IMG/VR virus record: IMGVR_UViG_3300033120_000816
From: a virus
Lineage: Duplodnaviria; Heunggongvirae; Uroviricota; Caudoviricetes
Length of the DNA stretch: 64,000 bases
Direction: 5' to 3' (one strand)
Shown here piece by piece: positions 46,669 to 56,294 of this stretch; the first letter of the stretch is position 1, and each line of letters starts with the position of its first letter. The translations under genes were made by a program, and so were the position numbers. The notes beneath the pieces are model-generated. The model saw nothing but the letters and a program-made list of their open reading frames with translations, searched no databases and was not told the origin of the DNA.

Positions 46669-49316
46669 ATAGCCGCTCCTGTTGTTGGCATTGGTGCCGA
46701 TGCTGCCATTTGCTGTTCTAATCCTGACAAGTTTTCGGGTATCATGCCGTCTGGTACCGGGTTGGGATACCCCGTTGGTAATACAGATTGATTAGGTGTT
46801 ACAGTTGGCTTCCCAGACTGGTCTACCGAACTTTGCTGCGCTTTTAGGTTTGCGTCTGCCTGCTCGTATATCTGACGGGAGTCTGCTGCATTTTTCATTT
46901 CTGCCTTGGTGATACCACCCCTTACACTGATAAGGTGAGATTGTATCATTGCGTCTGCTTTGATTTGCTCCTTCTGTATCTCTATCTTACCCTTCATCAA
47001 CTCAGTTTTCTGCTTGGTTTGCTCTATAGCCATCATCTGTTCTGAGTTGGCTTTTTGGAGTTCCATTGCGTTTCTCTGAGCTAGTCGTTCTCTTCTTTGT
47101 TCGAAGTATGCCAATGTGACTGCTTGTTGTTTAGGGCTCTTAATTTCCTCAATCAATAGCGCCTCAGCATTGGATATTTTACCGTTGGCTATAGCTAGGT
47201 CTATCCTTGCCTGCACTCTTGCTTTTTGGGCTGCTAAATTAAGGCTCTCCACAAATATACCGTACCTGTGTATGGACTTTTTACCTAGCTCCGATATCTC
47301 AGCCAAACACTCTTCTCCTACTGCGTCTACTAGGGATTTATAAGCCATAGTATCGTAATCGTTGAACCAGATTATATCCTGCACAAACAACAAAGATCGT
47401 GTTGCGATTTGCTGTGTCATATACGTTATGCCATCTGGGATATAGTACGTGTTGTTTTGGCTATACTCTAGCGCCTTGAACTGGTTGTTCATACTATCCC
47501 TGCTACCACCTGGGTCGCCTTGACGAAGCGGCGCATCTAACCCAACAAAAGACAACATCTGTTGCCATGTGTTGATAAATATGCTCTGCCATCTATCAAC
47601 TTCTGGAGACAACCCGTTTGGTCGGGGTATGTTTAACTGGCTATTGGTGATGCCTACTTTCTGACCGTTAATCTCTGGCCATGTCCATAAGCTGTTTGAG
47701 GACCCATCTAACCATGAAATCATCTTCCCTAACTTGTCGGCTCTGCTTATGTTGCTGTCAATAAACACATCCTCCGCTATCTGAAGTAGTGAGTCGTAGT
47801 TGTAGTCTACGCCTGGGGGCTTGGCTCTGCGTATTTCAAATTTCCACTTATACCACGCCTCATTCATAAGGTCTATGAATGGAATACAGTTGATGGCTAT
47901 TGCCTCCCCAATTTCTTTGTAGGTAAGTATGGTCCAGTTGGCATCCCAGTCGTTGTATCCTTCAATATCCTTGTAGGGAACTACACCAAAGTTGAATAGC
48001 TTCTGCTGAAACGCCCCCAATGCTATGTAATAAGCACAGTAGGTTTCAACTTTGTATCGTGCTTGCTCTTGATATCTTTTATCAACAGGTATTGATTCGG
48101 GTGCAGTATCTCCTTGGTCGTAGTGTTTTTTGTAGGCTGCCGATTTTTTGAACTCCTCTCCGTAGTCGGTATCGTTTGGCGAAACAAACTCAATGTACCC
48201 GAAGTTTATGTTCATGTTGATGAACTGATTGTAGGAATATGAGGTTGCGTTATCTCTCCCATTAAAGGTATACACCCCAGTTCTTGGGTCGGCTGTAATA
48301 CCTGTGATGTCTATGGTGCCGTTACTTGTTGCGTATACCGCTTGAAATAATGCACCCATGTCATTCTCAAAGCTAAAACTATCCCCTATCAAGTCAAGCA
48401 TTTCTTTGATAGTAATCCTCTGCTCTATTGCTTTGGCTGAAGCATCATTGAAATCCTTTCTCCTTCCCCCGCCAAAAACATAGGCAGTTTCTGGGGTTAC
48501 GTAGTCGTAGGTTATCTGACCATTCAACTTACTTACATGCACCCTTGTACAGATAGCCTTTTTTGCCAAGAAGTCGGTTGTCCAGTTTTCGTACAGGTGG
48601 CTCTCTACTTGGTTCTTAGACATCAGAAAGTTGATAGGTTTTTCTGCTGCTATTTCTGCTGCTAACTTGTAGAAGTTGTCCATAAAGAACTTAATATCCG
48701 ACGGGTCCCCTTCGCTTAATCCCATCTTTTCAAAGTCCCCAGCGTTGCCGTTTGCTGCTCGCTCTCCGAACCTTGCCTCATACTCAGATAATCTAAATGG
48801 CTTATCCCCTATAGACTCATAGACATAGGACAACATTGCCTCTATCTCTTTTCTGTTTTTTATAAGAGCTTCGTCTTTCTTTCTTTTTATGGTAGCGGTT
48901 GGGTCTGCACATTTTGCAGACAATACAACTCCCATTTTTTTCATCTCAGCCACAATCATATTCCTAGTCTTCTCCATTACTGGAAGACTTCTGAATGTTT
49001 GTGCGCCTAGTTCCTTGTGTTTATTGTCATCTTTTTTAGTACCACCAGGCGTTATAACCTCTCCCTTTGGTCCGTATAGTGGACTGTGCACCCCTCGCAT
49101 TGGGGTGTTGTTGAGATTTAGCTTGGCGGGGTCCTGAAACAAGTTTTCTATGGCACTCATGTCCTGAGTTCCCAGCAAGTAGTTCATGCCTAGCTGCGCA
49201 TGAGCTTGGTTCACCAACGGCTGCTGGTACATACGGATAAACGATATAATGTCGTTACCCCAGTCTGCATCTTTTATGTCAGCATCCGTGTCGTACCACT
49301 GTCTGTAGAAAAACAT
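46665..49316 (-). CDS. candidate portal protein (883 aa)
   Basis: Large head-module ORF upstream of the scaffold and capsid candidates. The Q/A-rich coiled C-terminal tail is typical of portals. Confidence 0.5.
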   Translation of the reverse strand: MFFYRQWYDTDADIKDADWGNDIISFIRMYQQPLVNQAHAQLGMNYLLGTQDMSAIENLFQDPAKLNLNNTPMRGVHSPLYGPKGEVITPGGTKKDDNKHKELGAQTFRSLPVMEKTRNMIVAEMKKMGVVLSAKCADPTATIKRKKDEALIKNRKEIEAMLSYVYESIGDKPFRLSEYEARFGERAANGNAGDFEKMGLSEGDPSDIKFFMDNFYKLAAEIAAEKPINFLMSKNQVESHLYENWTTDFLAKKAICTRVHVSKLNGQITYDYVTPETAYVFGGGRRKDFNDASAKAIEQRITIKEMLDLIGDSFSFENDMGALFQAVYATSNGTIDITGITADPRTGVYTFNGRDNATSYSYNQFINMNINFGYIEFVSPNDTDYGEEFKKSAAYKKHYDQGDTAPESIPVDKRYQEQARYKVETYCAYYIALGAFQQKLFNFGVVPYKDIEGYNDWDANWTILTYKEIGEAIAINCIPFIDLMNEAWYKWKFEIRRAKPPGVDYNYDSLLQIAEDVFIDSNISRADKLGKMISWLDGSSNSLWTWPEINGQKVGITNSQLNIPRPNGLSPEVDRWQSIFINTWQQMLSFVGLDAPLRQGDPGGSRDSMNNQFKALEYSQNNTYYIPDGITYMTQQIATRSLLFVQDIIWFNDYDTMAYKSLVDAVGEECLAEISELGKKSIHRYGIFVESLNLAAQKARVQARIDLAIANGKISNAEALLIEEIKSPKQQAVTLAYFEQRRERLAQRNAMELQKANSEQMMAIEQTKQKTELMKGKIEIQKEQIKADAMIQSHLISVRGGITKAEMKNAADSRQIYEQADANLKAQQSSVDQSGKPTVTPNQSVLPTGYPNPVPDGMIPENLSGLEQQMAASAPMPTTGAAI

Positions 49317-49418
49317 AGTCTCTAGTTTTGTTGTGCAATTTACAATTTATAATGCAAAGATACCTGAGCAGGGTTTGGATAGTCCGGCTCAGGTATGTAT
49401 TTTGTCTTGTTAATATTG

Positions 49419-50075
49419 TTAGGCTGCTGTGGTAAACTGTATGCAAACCCAATCACTATATCTCTCCACCCCACAAACCGTTCTAACGCAGAAGCAATAT
49501 TCAGTTTCTGCAGTAAGCCCAGTAACGGTGATTGTTTTAGATGTAGAAAGAACCCCCGGAGTTGTCGGATCTTCGCAATCATCTCCACCTGAAGGGGTTA
49601 CTACATATTCAAATCCTACTACCGCAGGTCCATCATACGTAATTTCTATTGTTGCCTCCGTGTCTGATGGTTCTCCATCTACTGCTGGGGAGGGAGAAGT
49701 GCACGCTACAGGAATGCAGCAATCATTACATGTCACTACGTTATTGTCATAGCTTTCCTTGTCAACCCAAAATGTTCTTTGGCTGTCTAAGTCTTTTACT
49801 CTTACGGTTTCTTTAAAGCCGGGACCAGGATAAGCTACTGGATTCAGATACACGTTACCCTCCCTTACTGGCACCTGCTCGTGTTGGGTGTCTGTGCCTG
49901 GTTGGAGTGGAATAATGGTCTTGGTGGCTGACTTGGCGGGATATTCTTCGTTGTTGATGTTAATATACCACACGCCGTCATTTACGAAATTGCATGATAT
50001 AATCTCTAACTTACCTTCTGGCCAGTATAACCCAAGGTTATCCCTCCATATTGTTGCTAAGAATTGTTTTCTCAT
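49419..50075 (-). CDS. Ig-like / FN3-domain protein (~218 aa; track ORF extends to 50153)
   Basis: C-terminal 'KTITVTGLTAETEYCFCVRTVCGVERYSDWVCIQFTT' is a fibronectin-III-like strand pattern. Confidence 0.5.
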   Translation of the reverse strand: MRKQFLATIWRDNLGLYWPEGKLEIISCNFVNDGVWYININNEEYPAKSATKTIIPLQPGTDTQHEQVPVREGNVYLNPVAYPGPGFKETVRVKDLDSQRTFWVDKESYDNNVVTCNDCCIPVACTSPSPAVDGEPSDTEATIEITYDGPAVVGFEYVVTPSGGDDCEDPTTPGVLSTSKTITVTGLTAETEYCFCVRTVCGVERYSDWVCIQFTTAA

Positions 50076-50089
50076 ATTACTGTGTTTTT

Positions 50090-50668
50090 TTATCTTCTGT
50101 TTAGAAACGCTAGTATTGTTATTATAAGCAACAACAAAAGCAATAATCCCCAACCCCAGTTTCTCTGCCCCGTTAACTTACCTATCTCTCCGCTTGTTTT
50201 TGCTATTTTATCGTCACGCTTTTTAATCTCTTGGTTGAGTGCTTCTATTTTTAGAGATTGAGAAACGTTCTGAGCGCTGTCTTTTTTTATGATATTCCTT
50301 ATAATCAGATTAGTATCAACCCTTGTGTATACTGGCACCCTTACCGGGAATTTCACTCTAAAGGTATCGTGTACACTCCTGTTTTTATCCTTGTAGTACG
50401 CATCAAGTGCTGAGTCGCAATCATAAGGCACGTAAACAAACTCTGTCTCAGATGCTTTTGTTTCTCCTGGTATTATCTTGCTAGTCTGTGAGCTATCTGA
50501 CTTTACGGGATACCATAAATAACACTTCTCGGCAGGGATTGCCTGCTTCGATGGGTCTTTTGATTTTTCAGCCTCGGCTTTTGCTTTATCAAAAGCCTTA
50601 GATATGTCATAGCTACATGATGTAGTTAATAGTAAGCAGGCTATTAATAGTGTGATTATTACTTTCAT
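50090..50668 (-). CDS. lipoprotein with C-terminal transmembrane anchor (192 aa) - unimolecular spanin-like
   Basis: N-terminal signal plus Cys (MKVIITLLIACLLLTTSC). Central coiled coil. C-terminal 'WGWGLLLLLLLIITILAFLNRR'. Confidence 0.45.
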   Translation of the reverse strand: MKVIITLLIACLLLTTSCSYDISKAFDKAKAEAEKSKDPSKQAIPAEKCYLWYPVKSDSSQTSKIIPGETKASETEFVYVPYDCDSALDAYYKDKNRSVHDTFRVKFPVRVPVYTRVDTNLIIRNIIKKDSAQNVSQSLKIEALNQEIKKRDDKIAKTSGEIGKLTGQRNWGWGLLLLLLLIITILAFLNRR

Positions 50669-51015
50669 TATTGTGTGTTTTTGCCCTCTTCTTTGTCTTC
50701 TGTGCTCAAGGCTTTATCTACCTTTTTTGTAAAAAACTTTACTACTTTAGGGAATAAACTTTGCCCAGTATACCCAACCAAAATTATTATCCAGTTGAAA
50801 TGCCAACCAATGTTTTTGAATGACGTAATTTGCTCATGACAAACCACCACCGCTAACACAATTATTATGTTAAGCATGATGCTTGCCCACTGCTTAGAGT
50901 AGTATTTGTTTATACCCTCATACTTGCTAGTATCCTGAAGCTCCTTTATTTGAAACAGGTTGTGAATCAACACGCCTATCAGACCTTTCAGGAAAAAACT
51001 CAATATCTCTATCAT
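50668..51015 (-). CDS. membrane protein (115 aa), holin-like
   Basis: Two or three predicted TM helices. Confidence 0.45.
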   Translation of the reverse strand: MIEILSFFLKGLIGVLIHNLFQIKELQDTSKYEGINKYYSKQWASIMLNIIIVLAVVVCHEQITSFKNIGWHFNWIIILVGYTGQSLFPKVVKFFTKKVDKALSTEDKEEGKNTQ

Positions 51016-51392
51016 AGCTCTTGTTTTTCTTTATTTTTCTTTAACTGACCTAAAAATTGTTCCGTCCAGTTGATTAAAAAATTACGTATCATACTAGAGG
51101 CATTAACGTAAAAGAACTTCAATACATGCTCAGTACTTATACCCATAACCCATATTATAATCCACTCGTACTTCTCCACCTTTAGCGCTATGCAGGCATA
51201 ATGAATCGCCATAGCAATAGCAAAACTTCCCGCAAACACTGCAATTCTTGCTCGCCTTGAGAACTTCCTACCAGATAGTTCAGTGTGACTCCAGTGAGCT
51301 ATATTGGCGGCAATAACAGGGGGTAGCACAGCCACTATCCAAGATAATGCTTTTGCGAAAACCTCCCCTACTGCTGCTTTTGTTTGATCCAT
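51012..51392 (-). CDS. membrane protein (126 aa from MDQTKAAVGEV...; track ORF extends to 51617)
   Basis: Multi-TM. Start chosen to avoid a 250-nt overlap with 51368..51715. Confidence 0.4.
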   Translation of the reverse strand: MDQTKAAVGEVFAKALSWIVAVLPPVIAANIAHWSHTELSGRKFSRRARIAVFAGSFAIAMAIHYACIALKVEKYEWIIIWVMGISTEHVLKFFYVNASSMIRNFLINWTEQFLGQLKKNKEKQEL

Positions 51393-51715
51393 TTTAATAT
51401 GCTGAATACTGCCCATGATACTATACCTATTGCTAACGCCACCTCTCCAATTAACTGCAGTTGGTTGGGGTTGATTGCTCTGCCCCACTTTTCGTCGTAA
51501 TAATTTCCAAAAGCCACAACAACTAAAGCTGTCCACGCTGTATTCTCTGGCTTTGTGTTTTCTTTTATCAGTGCTGCTATCCCTAATATAACAAAGGACC
51601 CAGCCTGCCATAAACAAAATTCATCTCCGTTAAAATAGAATATACTAGGCCATCTTGGGATAGTATTAACTACAGCACCCAACAGAACTAGCAATATGCT
51701 TACGTAGGTTCTCAT
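51368..51715 (-). CDS. membrane protein (115 aa)
   Basis: Four hydrophobic segments. Confidence 0.45.
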   Translation of the reverse strand: MRTYVSILLVLLGAVVNTIPRWPSIFYFNGDEFCLWQAGSFVILGIAALIKENTKPENTAWTALVVVAFGNYYDEKWGRAINPNQLQLIGEVALAIGIVSWAVFSILKWIKQKQQ

Positions 51716-52029
51716 TATACGTATCTATGTACGGGAGGTCTTGTGCCCACAAACTCATTACCACGATACAAAGGAATAAATGGCTCTGGCTTATGAGCAA
51801 CTGGGTTGTTTTGAATTAGGATTGTTATAGTCAACGACTCCCCTATTTCTTTATCGCAACTCAGAACATCAAACCCTTCTTCATCCTTTTCGTACTTAAA
51901 CAATCCACTCAATCCTGACGCAATATCGTCCACTGTATAAGTAATGTTAGGGTCAAGAACTAATGAGCCTATCTCCAACACTCTATCTGTTGGCGCTATT
52001 GTTGGGAATCCAAATGATGCTTTTGGCAT
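51715..52029 (-). CDS. hypothetical protein (104 aa)
   Basis: ORF. Confidence 0.5.
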   Translation of the reverse strand: MPKASFGFPTIAPTDRVLEIGSLVLDPNITYTVDDIASGLSGLFKYEKDEEGFDVLSCDKEIGESLTITILIQNNPVAHKPEPFIPLYRGNEFVGTRPPVHRYV

Positions 52030-52034
52030 AATAT

Positions 52035-52292
52035 TTAGTTTATTATTGTTACGTTTAGTTGTTCGGCAACATAATCGTATGCCTGATCGTAATTACCGTT
52101 CCAGGTTGAGCAGAATGTTCCGTCTACTGGGATTGTCCCAGAGGTTAAAATGTTGTCGTTATCGTCTTGCAATAGATAAGACAATGACGCTGAACCATCT
52201 TCGCTCTCTAGCATACGATTAAATCCGCTACTTACAGATATTTTAACTGCTATCCCTGAGCCTTCTTGTTTAGGTTCTATTGCTTTTGACAT
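52035..52292 (-). CDS. hypothetical protein (85 aa)
   Basis: ORF. Confidence 0.5.
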   Translation of the reverse strand: MSKAIEPKQEGSGIAVKISVSSGFNRMLESEDGSASLSYLLQDDNDNILTSGTIPVDGTFCSTWNGNYDQAYDYVAEQLNVTIIN

Positions 52293-52304
52293 GGTATGTT
52301 TTAT

Positions 52305-54107
52305 TTAGTAAAGTTCTTCCATTATTTGAATCAGAGACATCGAAACCACCCCACCAACTGTTCCGTTGTTTATGGTTTGTTGAAGCACTAACTTGGTCCC
52401 CAATGGGGGTGTGTCAGATGTAGGGGCAAACACATATACTGCGGGGGCGGCTGTTTTGCTTAATACCTGAAGTCTTACGTAATACTTGTTGTCTGGGCTT
52501 ACATAACACGTCACCCTGTACACATCATTAGTGTTGGGCACCACTCCAGTGTTTACTTTTGTTGGAGTACCAGAATTGTCATTCCTTATAAATTGGAATG
52601 TAGTATCTCCAGCATCTTTGCAAAGTCCAAATAGCGGCGTGTTGTTTTGACTAGCGCCAGATGGGTCGCCAACAATGGCTGAAGTTACTGCGGTATAACC
52701 AACAAAGAATCGTTCGGTAGCTAAATAGGTAGGCATAGAGAATATAAATGTACCCCTACCACTTCCAGAACTAAACTTAGAACTGCCGCCAAAGATGCCA
52801 CCGGATTGAGTTAATGAACCGCACCTTACCGTAGCCGTCCCATTAGCCGTTGCTAGTGTTGAGTAAACCAATCTTGGGTAGCCCATTTGTTGAGAAGTAG
52901 AGCTTTCAGAAGATGTAGCAAATGTAGCAGCGGTTGGTGCGGCAGCTACCATCATGCCCGCATATGCTAGATGCCCAAATGATGAAAATCCTGTCCCCGA
53001 CGTGGGAACTACCTGCCCAGTAACTTGCGCATTTAATGACCTTTGTAGTGCGCTTGGGATAGCTACTGTGTCGGATATTATCAACTCAGACAAACCCAAA
53101 GTGTTGACATTATAAAACTTAGTTCCTCCGTTATATGGAGTAGTAACAGTTACGGTAGATGTGTTAGCGGGGAACATTAATCTTTTATCAGTGGTATCAA
53201 CACCAAAATTTGCGCCTCTCAATGTGTCACCTGATTTATATAGCAATTGCCCATTAGTAGCAGACGTTACACCACCTACACTAGAGGCTGCAATAGATGC
53301 GCGTATGTTTTTCTTGGCTGTGTCTATTTGACTCCCTGACTGTATCACTAAGGCGTTGTTCGTATCTGCATATGTAACGTATTCGGCTAACTTAGCTTTC
53401 ATGTTGTATCTGATCAACCCTCCGCTAGAATTCGTCCCCAATAGGCTATCTCCTGTAGTTGTAGTGGGATAAGCATCAAAGGTTATATTGCCTCCGCCAC
53501 CAGCACCAACCATTATACCTAAGCCCCCAGTTCCATGCATGTGTATACCCATACTAGATTTAGCCTGAAGGGTATCTGCGCGCACCTTATTAGTGGTAAG
53601 AGACTTGCCGCCTAGGTCAACATCGTAAACTGCCCCTGTATTAGGAACGTATGTTTGTGCTGCCTTGTTTACGGTTAGTATGGTTGGAGTGTCTACAAAC
53701 AATATAGAATCTGCCCTATCTAATCCAAATCCCAGTACTTTTACATTCAAGGTAGAGTCGTCTATTATCTTGTTTATCTGCCTGTTTACGTAGTATGGAG
53801 TAGTTGGTCCATAAGTGGTGTTGGTGTCTGATTGGTCAAACACTTGAAACTGATCACTACCTTTGTTGATGTATAAAGTGGTATCCTCAGTAGCAAGAAT
53901 AAGCTGCCTAAAGGTTGTCTGACCCTTAGTGTAGTTGTAATTTTTAGGCAAGAATGGAACACGAAGGGCGGAGTCTGGCTGCAACCCACCCAGTACAATT
54001 GTAGTGGTGTTGGGCGAGCCTATCTTACCTGTATTAGCCTGCGCAAACACATTTACGCTCCCTATCGAGAGAAACAAAAACAGTATGAGTATTACTATGT
54101 TCTTCAT
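52305..54107 (-). CDS. secreted/fibre-like protein (600 aa) with N-terminal signal peptide
   Basis: 'MKNIVILILFLFLSIGSVNVFAQA' is a signal peptide. The body is Gly/Thr/Ser-rich, consistent with a receptor-binding or fibre-like protein. Confidence 0.6.
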   Translation of the reverse strand: MKNIVILILFLFLSIGSVNVFAQANTGKIGSPNTTTIVLGGLQPDSALRVPFLPKNYNYTKGQTTFRQLILATEDTTLYINKGSDQFQVFDQSDTNTTYGPTTPYYVNRQINKIIDDSTLNVKVLGFGLDRADSILFVDTPTILTVNKAAQTYVPNTGAVYDVDLGGKSLTTNKVRADTLQAKSSMGIHMHGTGGLGIMVGAGGGGNITFDAYPTTTTGDSLLGTNSSGGLIRYNMKAKLAEYVTYADTNNALVIQSGSQIDTAKKNIRASIAASSVGGVTSATNGQLLYKSGDTLRGANFGVDTTDKRLMFPANTSTVTVTTPYNGGTKFYNVNTLGLSELIISDTVAIPSALQRSLNAQVTGQVVPTSGTGFSSFGHLAYAGMMVAAAPTAATFATSSESSTSQQMGYPRLVYSTLATANGTATVRCGSLTQSGGIFGGSSKFSSGSGRGTFIFSMPTYLATERFFVGYTAVTSAIVGDPSGASQNNTPLFGLCKDAGDTTFQFIRNDNSGTPTKVNTGVVPNTNDVYRVTCYVSPDNKYYVRLQVLSKTAAPAVYVFAPTSDTPPLGTKLVLQQTINNGTVGGVVSMSLIQIMEELY

Positions 54108-54625
54108 TATGCTATTTTGTAAAGTATTTGAACTGTTTCACCAGGAGCAAGGCAACCTGCTGCAGTAAGGTCTAGTGTGCCGTCTGGGTCTCCGTTAGTG
54201 TATGTGTAATCGGTGTTATAAACAATAGTTCCACCTTTGCTCACTTGCTGAATGTCCATATTTGCAGGAACTGGGATTGTACAGCCTGATGGAACTTCTA
54301 CGTCACCAGTAAGCGTAATCTCCATTATCCCACCCGGACCTACACTGCCAGCGCCTACAAGGGCTAGATATTGACCTATGGTTAGCGTTGTGTAGTAGGC
54401 TATGTATGGAGAAGGCTTTACCTCTAGTGTATTGACGTAGTTAACATGCGATACTCCTGGGATATATATACCGTCAGGTTTTGCAACATTCAGGTTAAGT
54501 ATAGAACCCACATTTACAGCAACCTGCTCATTATTCCTGAAGTTCCCAAGGGAATCCCAAAGAACCGGAATACTTACCATTTGATTTGTTCCTACTGCCA
54601 TGCTTTGCCTATTATAGTAAGACAA
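54107..54625 (-). CDS. hypothetical protein (172 aa)
   Basis: ORF with an ATGA overlap to the downstream gene. Confidence 0.55.
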   Translation of the reverse strand: MSYYNRQSMAVGTNQMVSIPVLWDSLGNFRNNEQVAVNVGSILNLNVAKPDGIYIPGVSHVNYVNTLEVKPSPYIAYYTTLTIGQYLALVGAGSVGPGGIMEITLTGDVEVPSGCTIPVPANMDIQQVSKGGTIVYNTDYTYTNGDPDGTLDLTAAGCLAPGETVQILYKIA

Positions 54626-54688
54626 AGATATAAATACTCATAGGCTATATGAGTTAAGGGAATGTGTTTATGTGCCGTAAGTGAGGGT

Positions 54689-54726
54689 AAAAAAATCCGG
54701 TAGCGATTCTTACTACGCTACCGGAT
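54689..54726 (-). terminator. Intrinsic terminator (minus strand) downstream of the tRNA island
   Basis: Perfect 11-bp stem ATCCGGTAGCG / CGCTACCGGAT with a 10-nt loop. A7 on the plus strand gives a T7 run after the hairpin on the minus strand. Confidence 0.55.
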
Positions 54727-54758
54727 GCTTTGGCGAATACTACGCTTGCTGCGTATTG

Positions 54759-54845
54759 CGGTCAAGACGGGATTTGAACCCGTATGGTGTGCATCACCTT
54801 TGCAAGTGTTTATAGCATTTTTTCGCTCTCGCCCTTTTTTGTATT
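54759..54845 (-). tRNA. tRNA-like element: canonical T-arm (ACGGG-TTCAAAT-CCCGT) plus acceptor 3' strand, with a 5' half that does not fold canonically
   Basis: The reverse complement of 54767-54783 gives a perfect T-arm followed by CTTGACC-G. I could not find a convincing D-arm or anticodon arm by eye. Confidence 0.3.
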
Positions 54846-54976
54846 TGCAAATACAAAACTGTTCATCGACACGACCTACCCTGTGAACTTTTGTTAGCGT
54901 TTAGCCTCTTTAATCCCATCCCGTAGGGAACAGGGATTTGCCGTCCCTGCGATACCATTTCGCCACTTGACCATTT

Positions 54977-55066
54977 GGGCACACAACCGGATTTGAACCT
55001 GTGACCTCAGTCCATCTGGAGTTAACCATGGGGAACCTGCGCTCTAACCAACTGAGCTATGTGCAC
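54977..55066 (-). tRNA. tRNA gene with an extended anticodon/variable region (isotype undetermined)
   Basis: Reverse complement: GTGCACA-TA-GCTC-AGTTGGTTA-GAGC ... CAGG-TTCAAAT-CCGG-TGTGTGC. That is a 7-bp acceptor (two G-U pairs), a canonical D-arm and a T-loop. The middle is ~16 nt longer than a class I tRNA, with a possible variable-arm hairpin ACTCCAG-ATGGA-CTGAGGT. Confidence 0.5.
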
Positions 55067-55308
55067 CTTGTTTTTTATCAGGGATTTCTACCCTATCGTG
55101 GAGTCGGCGAAATTCGAATTCGCGTCCAAACAACTTTCTCCTCGCAAACGTTACGCTCATGCTCTTGTTTTATCGCTGCTGGCTTCAGCTATTCGATTGT
55201 GAATCGACAACTATTGAAGTTTTGCTAGGGGATTTATGAAGAGGTCTTCCACTCTCCCTCATGACGGCTTATCCCATGCCTACACGTCTATACCGTAGTG
55301 TTTTTGGT

Positions 55309-55524
55309 TTAGGCTGCTGTTGCCATAGCAAACTCGCCATCGAAAATACTCTCAAGAAGAGCATCTACATCACCGTCGAAAGAAACTGTAGTTTCTGCGT
55401 TTATTGTTTGAATACATTGTTTAGGTAATAACTGTATTGAAAAGTGATTTTCCGACTCGAACGGCCTACTTGCTGGCTTGTTGTACATCGTACCCCCTGT
55501 CTCCCTTTTTAACACTGTTAACAC
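55309..55524 (-). CDS. hypothetical protein (71 aa)
   Basis: Isolated short ORF between the tRNA island and the gene at 55709..56272. Confidence 0.35.
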   Translation of the reverse strand: MLTVLKRETGGTMYNKPASRPFESENHFSIQLLPKQCIQTINAETTVSFDGDVDALLESIFDGEFAMATAA

Positions 55525-55708
55525 TGTTACATTACTTTAGGTGCTATATCCTTGCACCTGAGCGCGTTTACTACTTTACTCATTGCTGTCAAAACCGTTC
55601 GACCCCAATTGTGATGTAAAGATACACTTTGTTTTGATAAAACAAAAAAAGCACCAAAATTATTTTTTTGGTGCTTTTCAAATATTTAGATCTATTGTTC
55701 TTTTTCTT

Positions 55709-56272
55709 TTAGCTTATTACTTCCCAGTCCTCAGCAAGCATATCCATTGTGGATGGTTTCCAGCCAGCTTCTATTGTCCCCTGCGCTGACTTAAATGCAA
55801 AGTATGCACCGTAAGGAACTAAGGCGTTTTCTCCAAATTCTTTTTTAGCCACGTCCGTTTGGGCTGGGTAGCTGTTTGCTGGTACATAGTAAAGAAACAT
55901 ACCTTTGCCATTCCACCCTGGGCGAGTTAGCTTTTCTCCGTTCTTGAGAAGGCGTATTGCGTCACCAAATGTCAAGTAGGTTTTGCTACTTCCTTCTTCT
56001 TCAGACACCTCTTCGTATGTAGCAGCAAATATATCGGGCTTGCAGGGGTAAAACTCGCCTTTTATGCCTTTAATTATGTAGTCACCAATAGATGCCTCCA
56101 TTACCCCCTCTAAGGTTGGTATATATAACCTTGCATCTTCTATTGTGCCACCAATAGGTACGGGCTTCATTTCCAACTCTTTGCCGATAAATCTTTCTAT
56201 CCTGATTGTACTGATTGCTCGGCAATCCCATTGCATTGCTTCAATCACTACTGGTTTTTTTCTGTACTGCAT
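55709..56272 (-). CDS. 187-aa protein carrying an RxGWNGKGMF motif, tentatively DUF2829-like (the family that includes the anti-Thoeris sponge Tad2), with an internal duplication
   Basis: 'FGDAIRLLKNGEKLTRPGWNGKGMFLYYVPA' matches the R-x-G-W-N-G core I recall for DUF2829. The N-terminal half 'RKKPVVIEAMQW...' looks like a degenerate second copy. Confidence 0.55.
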   Translation of the reverse strand: MQYRKKPVVIEAMQWDCRAISTIRIERFIGKELEMKPVPIGGTIEDARLYIPTLEGVMEASIGDYIIKGIKGEFYPCKPDIFAATYEEVSEEEGSSKTYLTFGDAIRLLKNGEKLTRPGWNGKGMFLYYVPANSYPAQTDVAKKEFGENALVPYGAYFAFKSAQGTIEAGWKPSTMDMLAEDWEVIS

Positions 56273-56294
56273 GTTGTATGTTGTGTTTTAGTGG

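Noticed and set aside
54695-54726. Perfect hairpin ATCCGGTAGCG ... CGCTACCGGAT next to the tRNA genes, considered as a tRNA arm
   Set aside because: An 11-bp stem with a 10-nt loop flanked by A7/T runs is characteristic of an intrinsic terminator, not a tRNA. It is annotated as a terminator.
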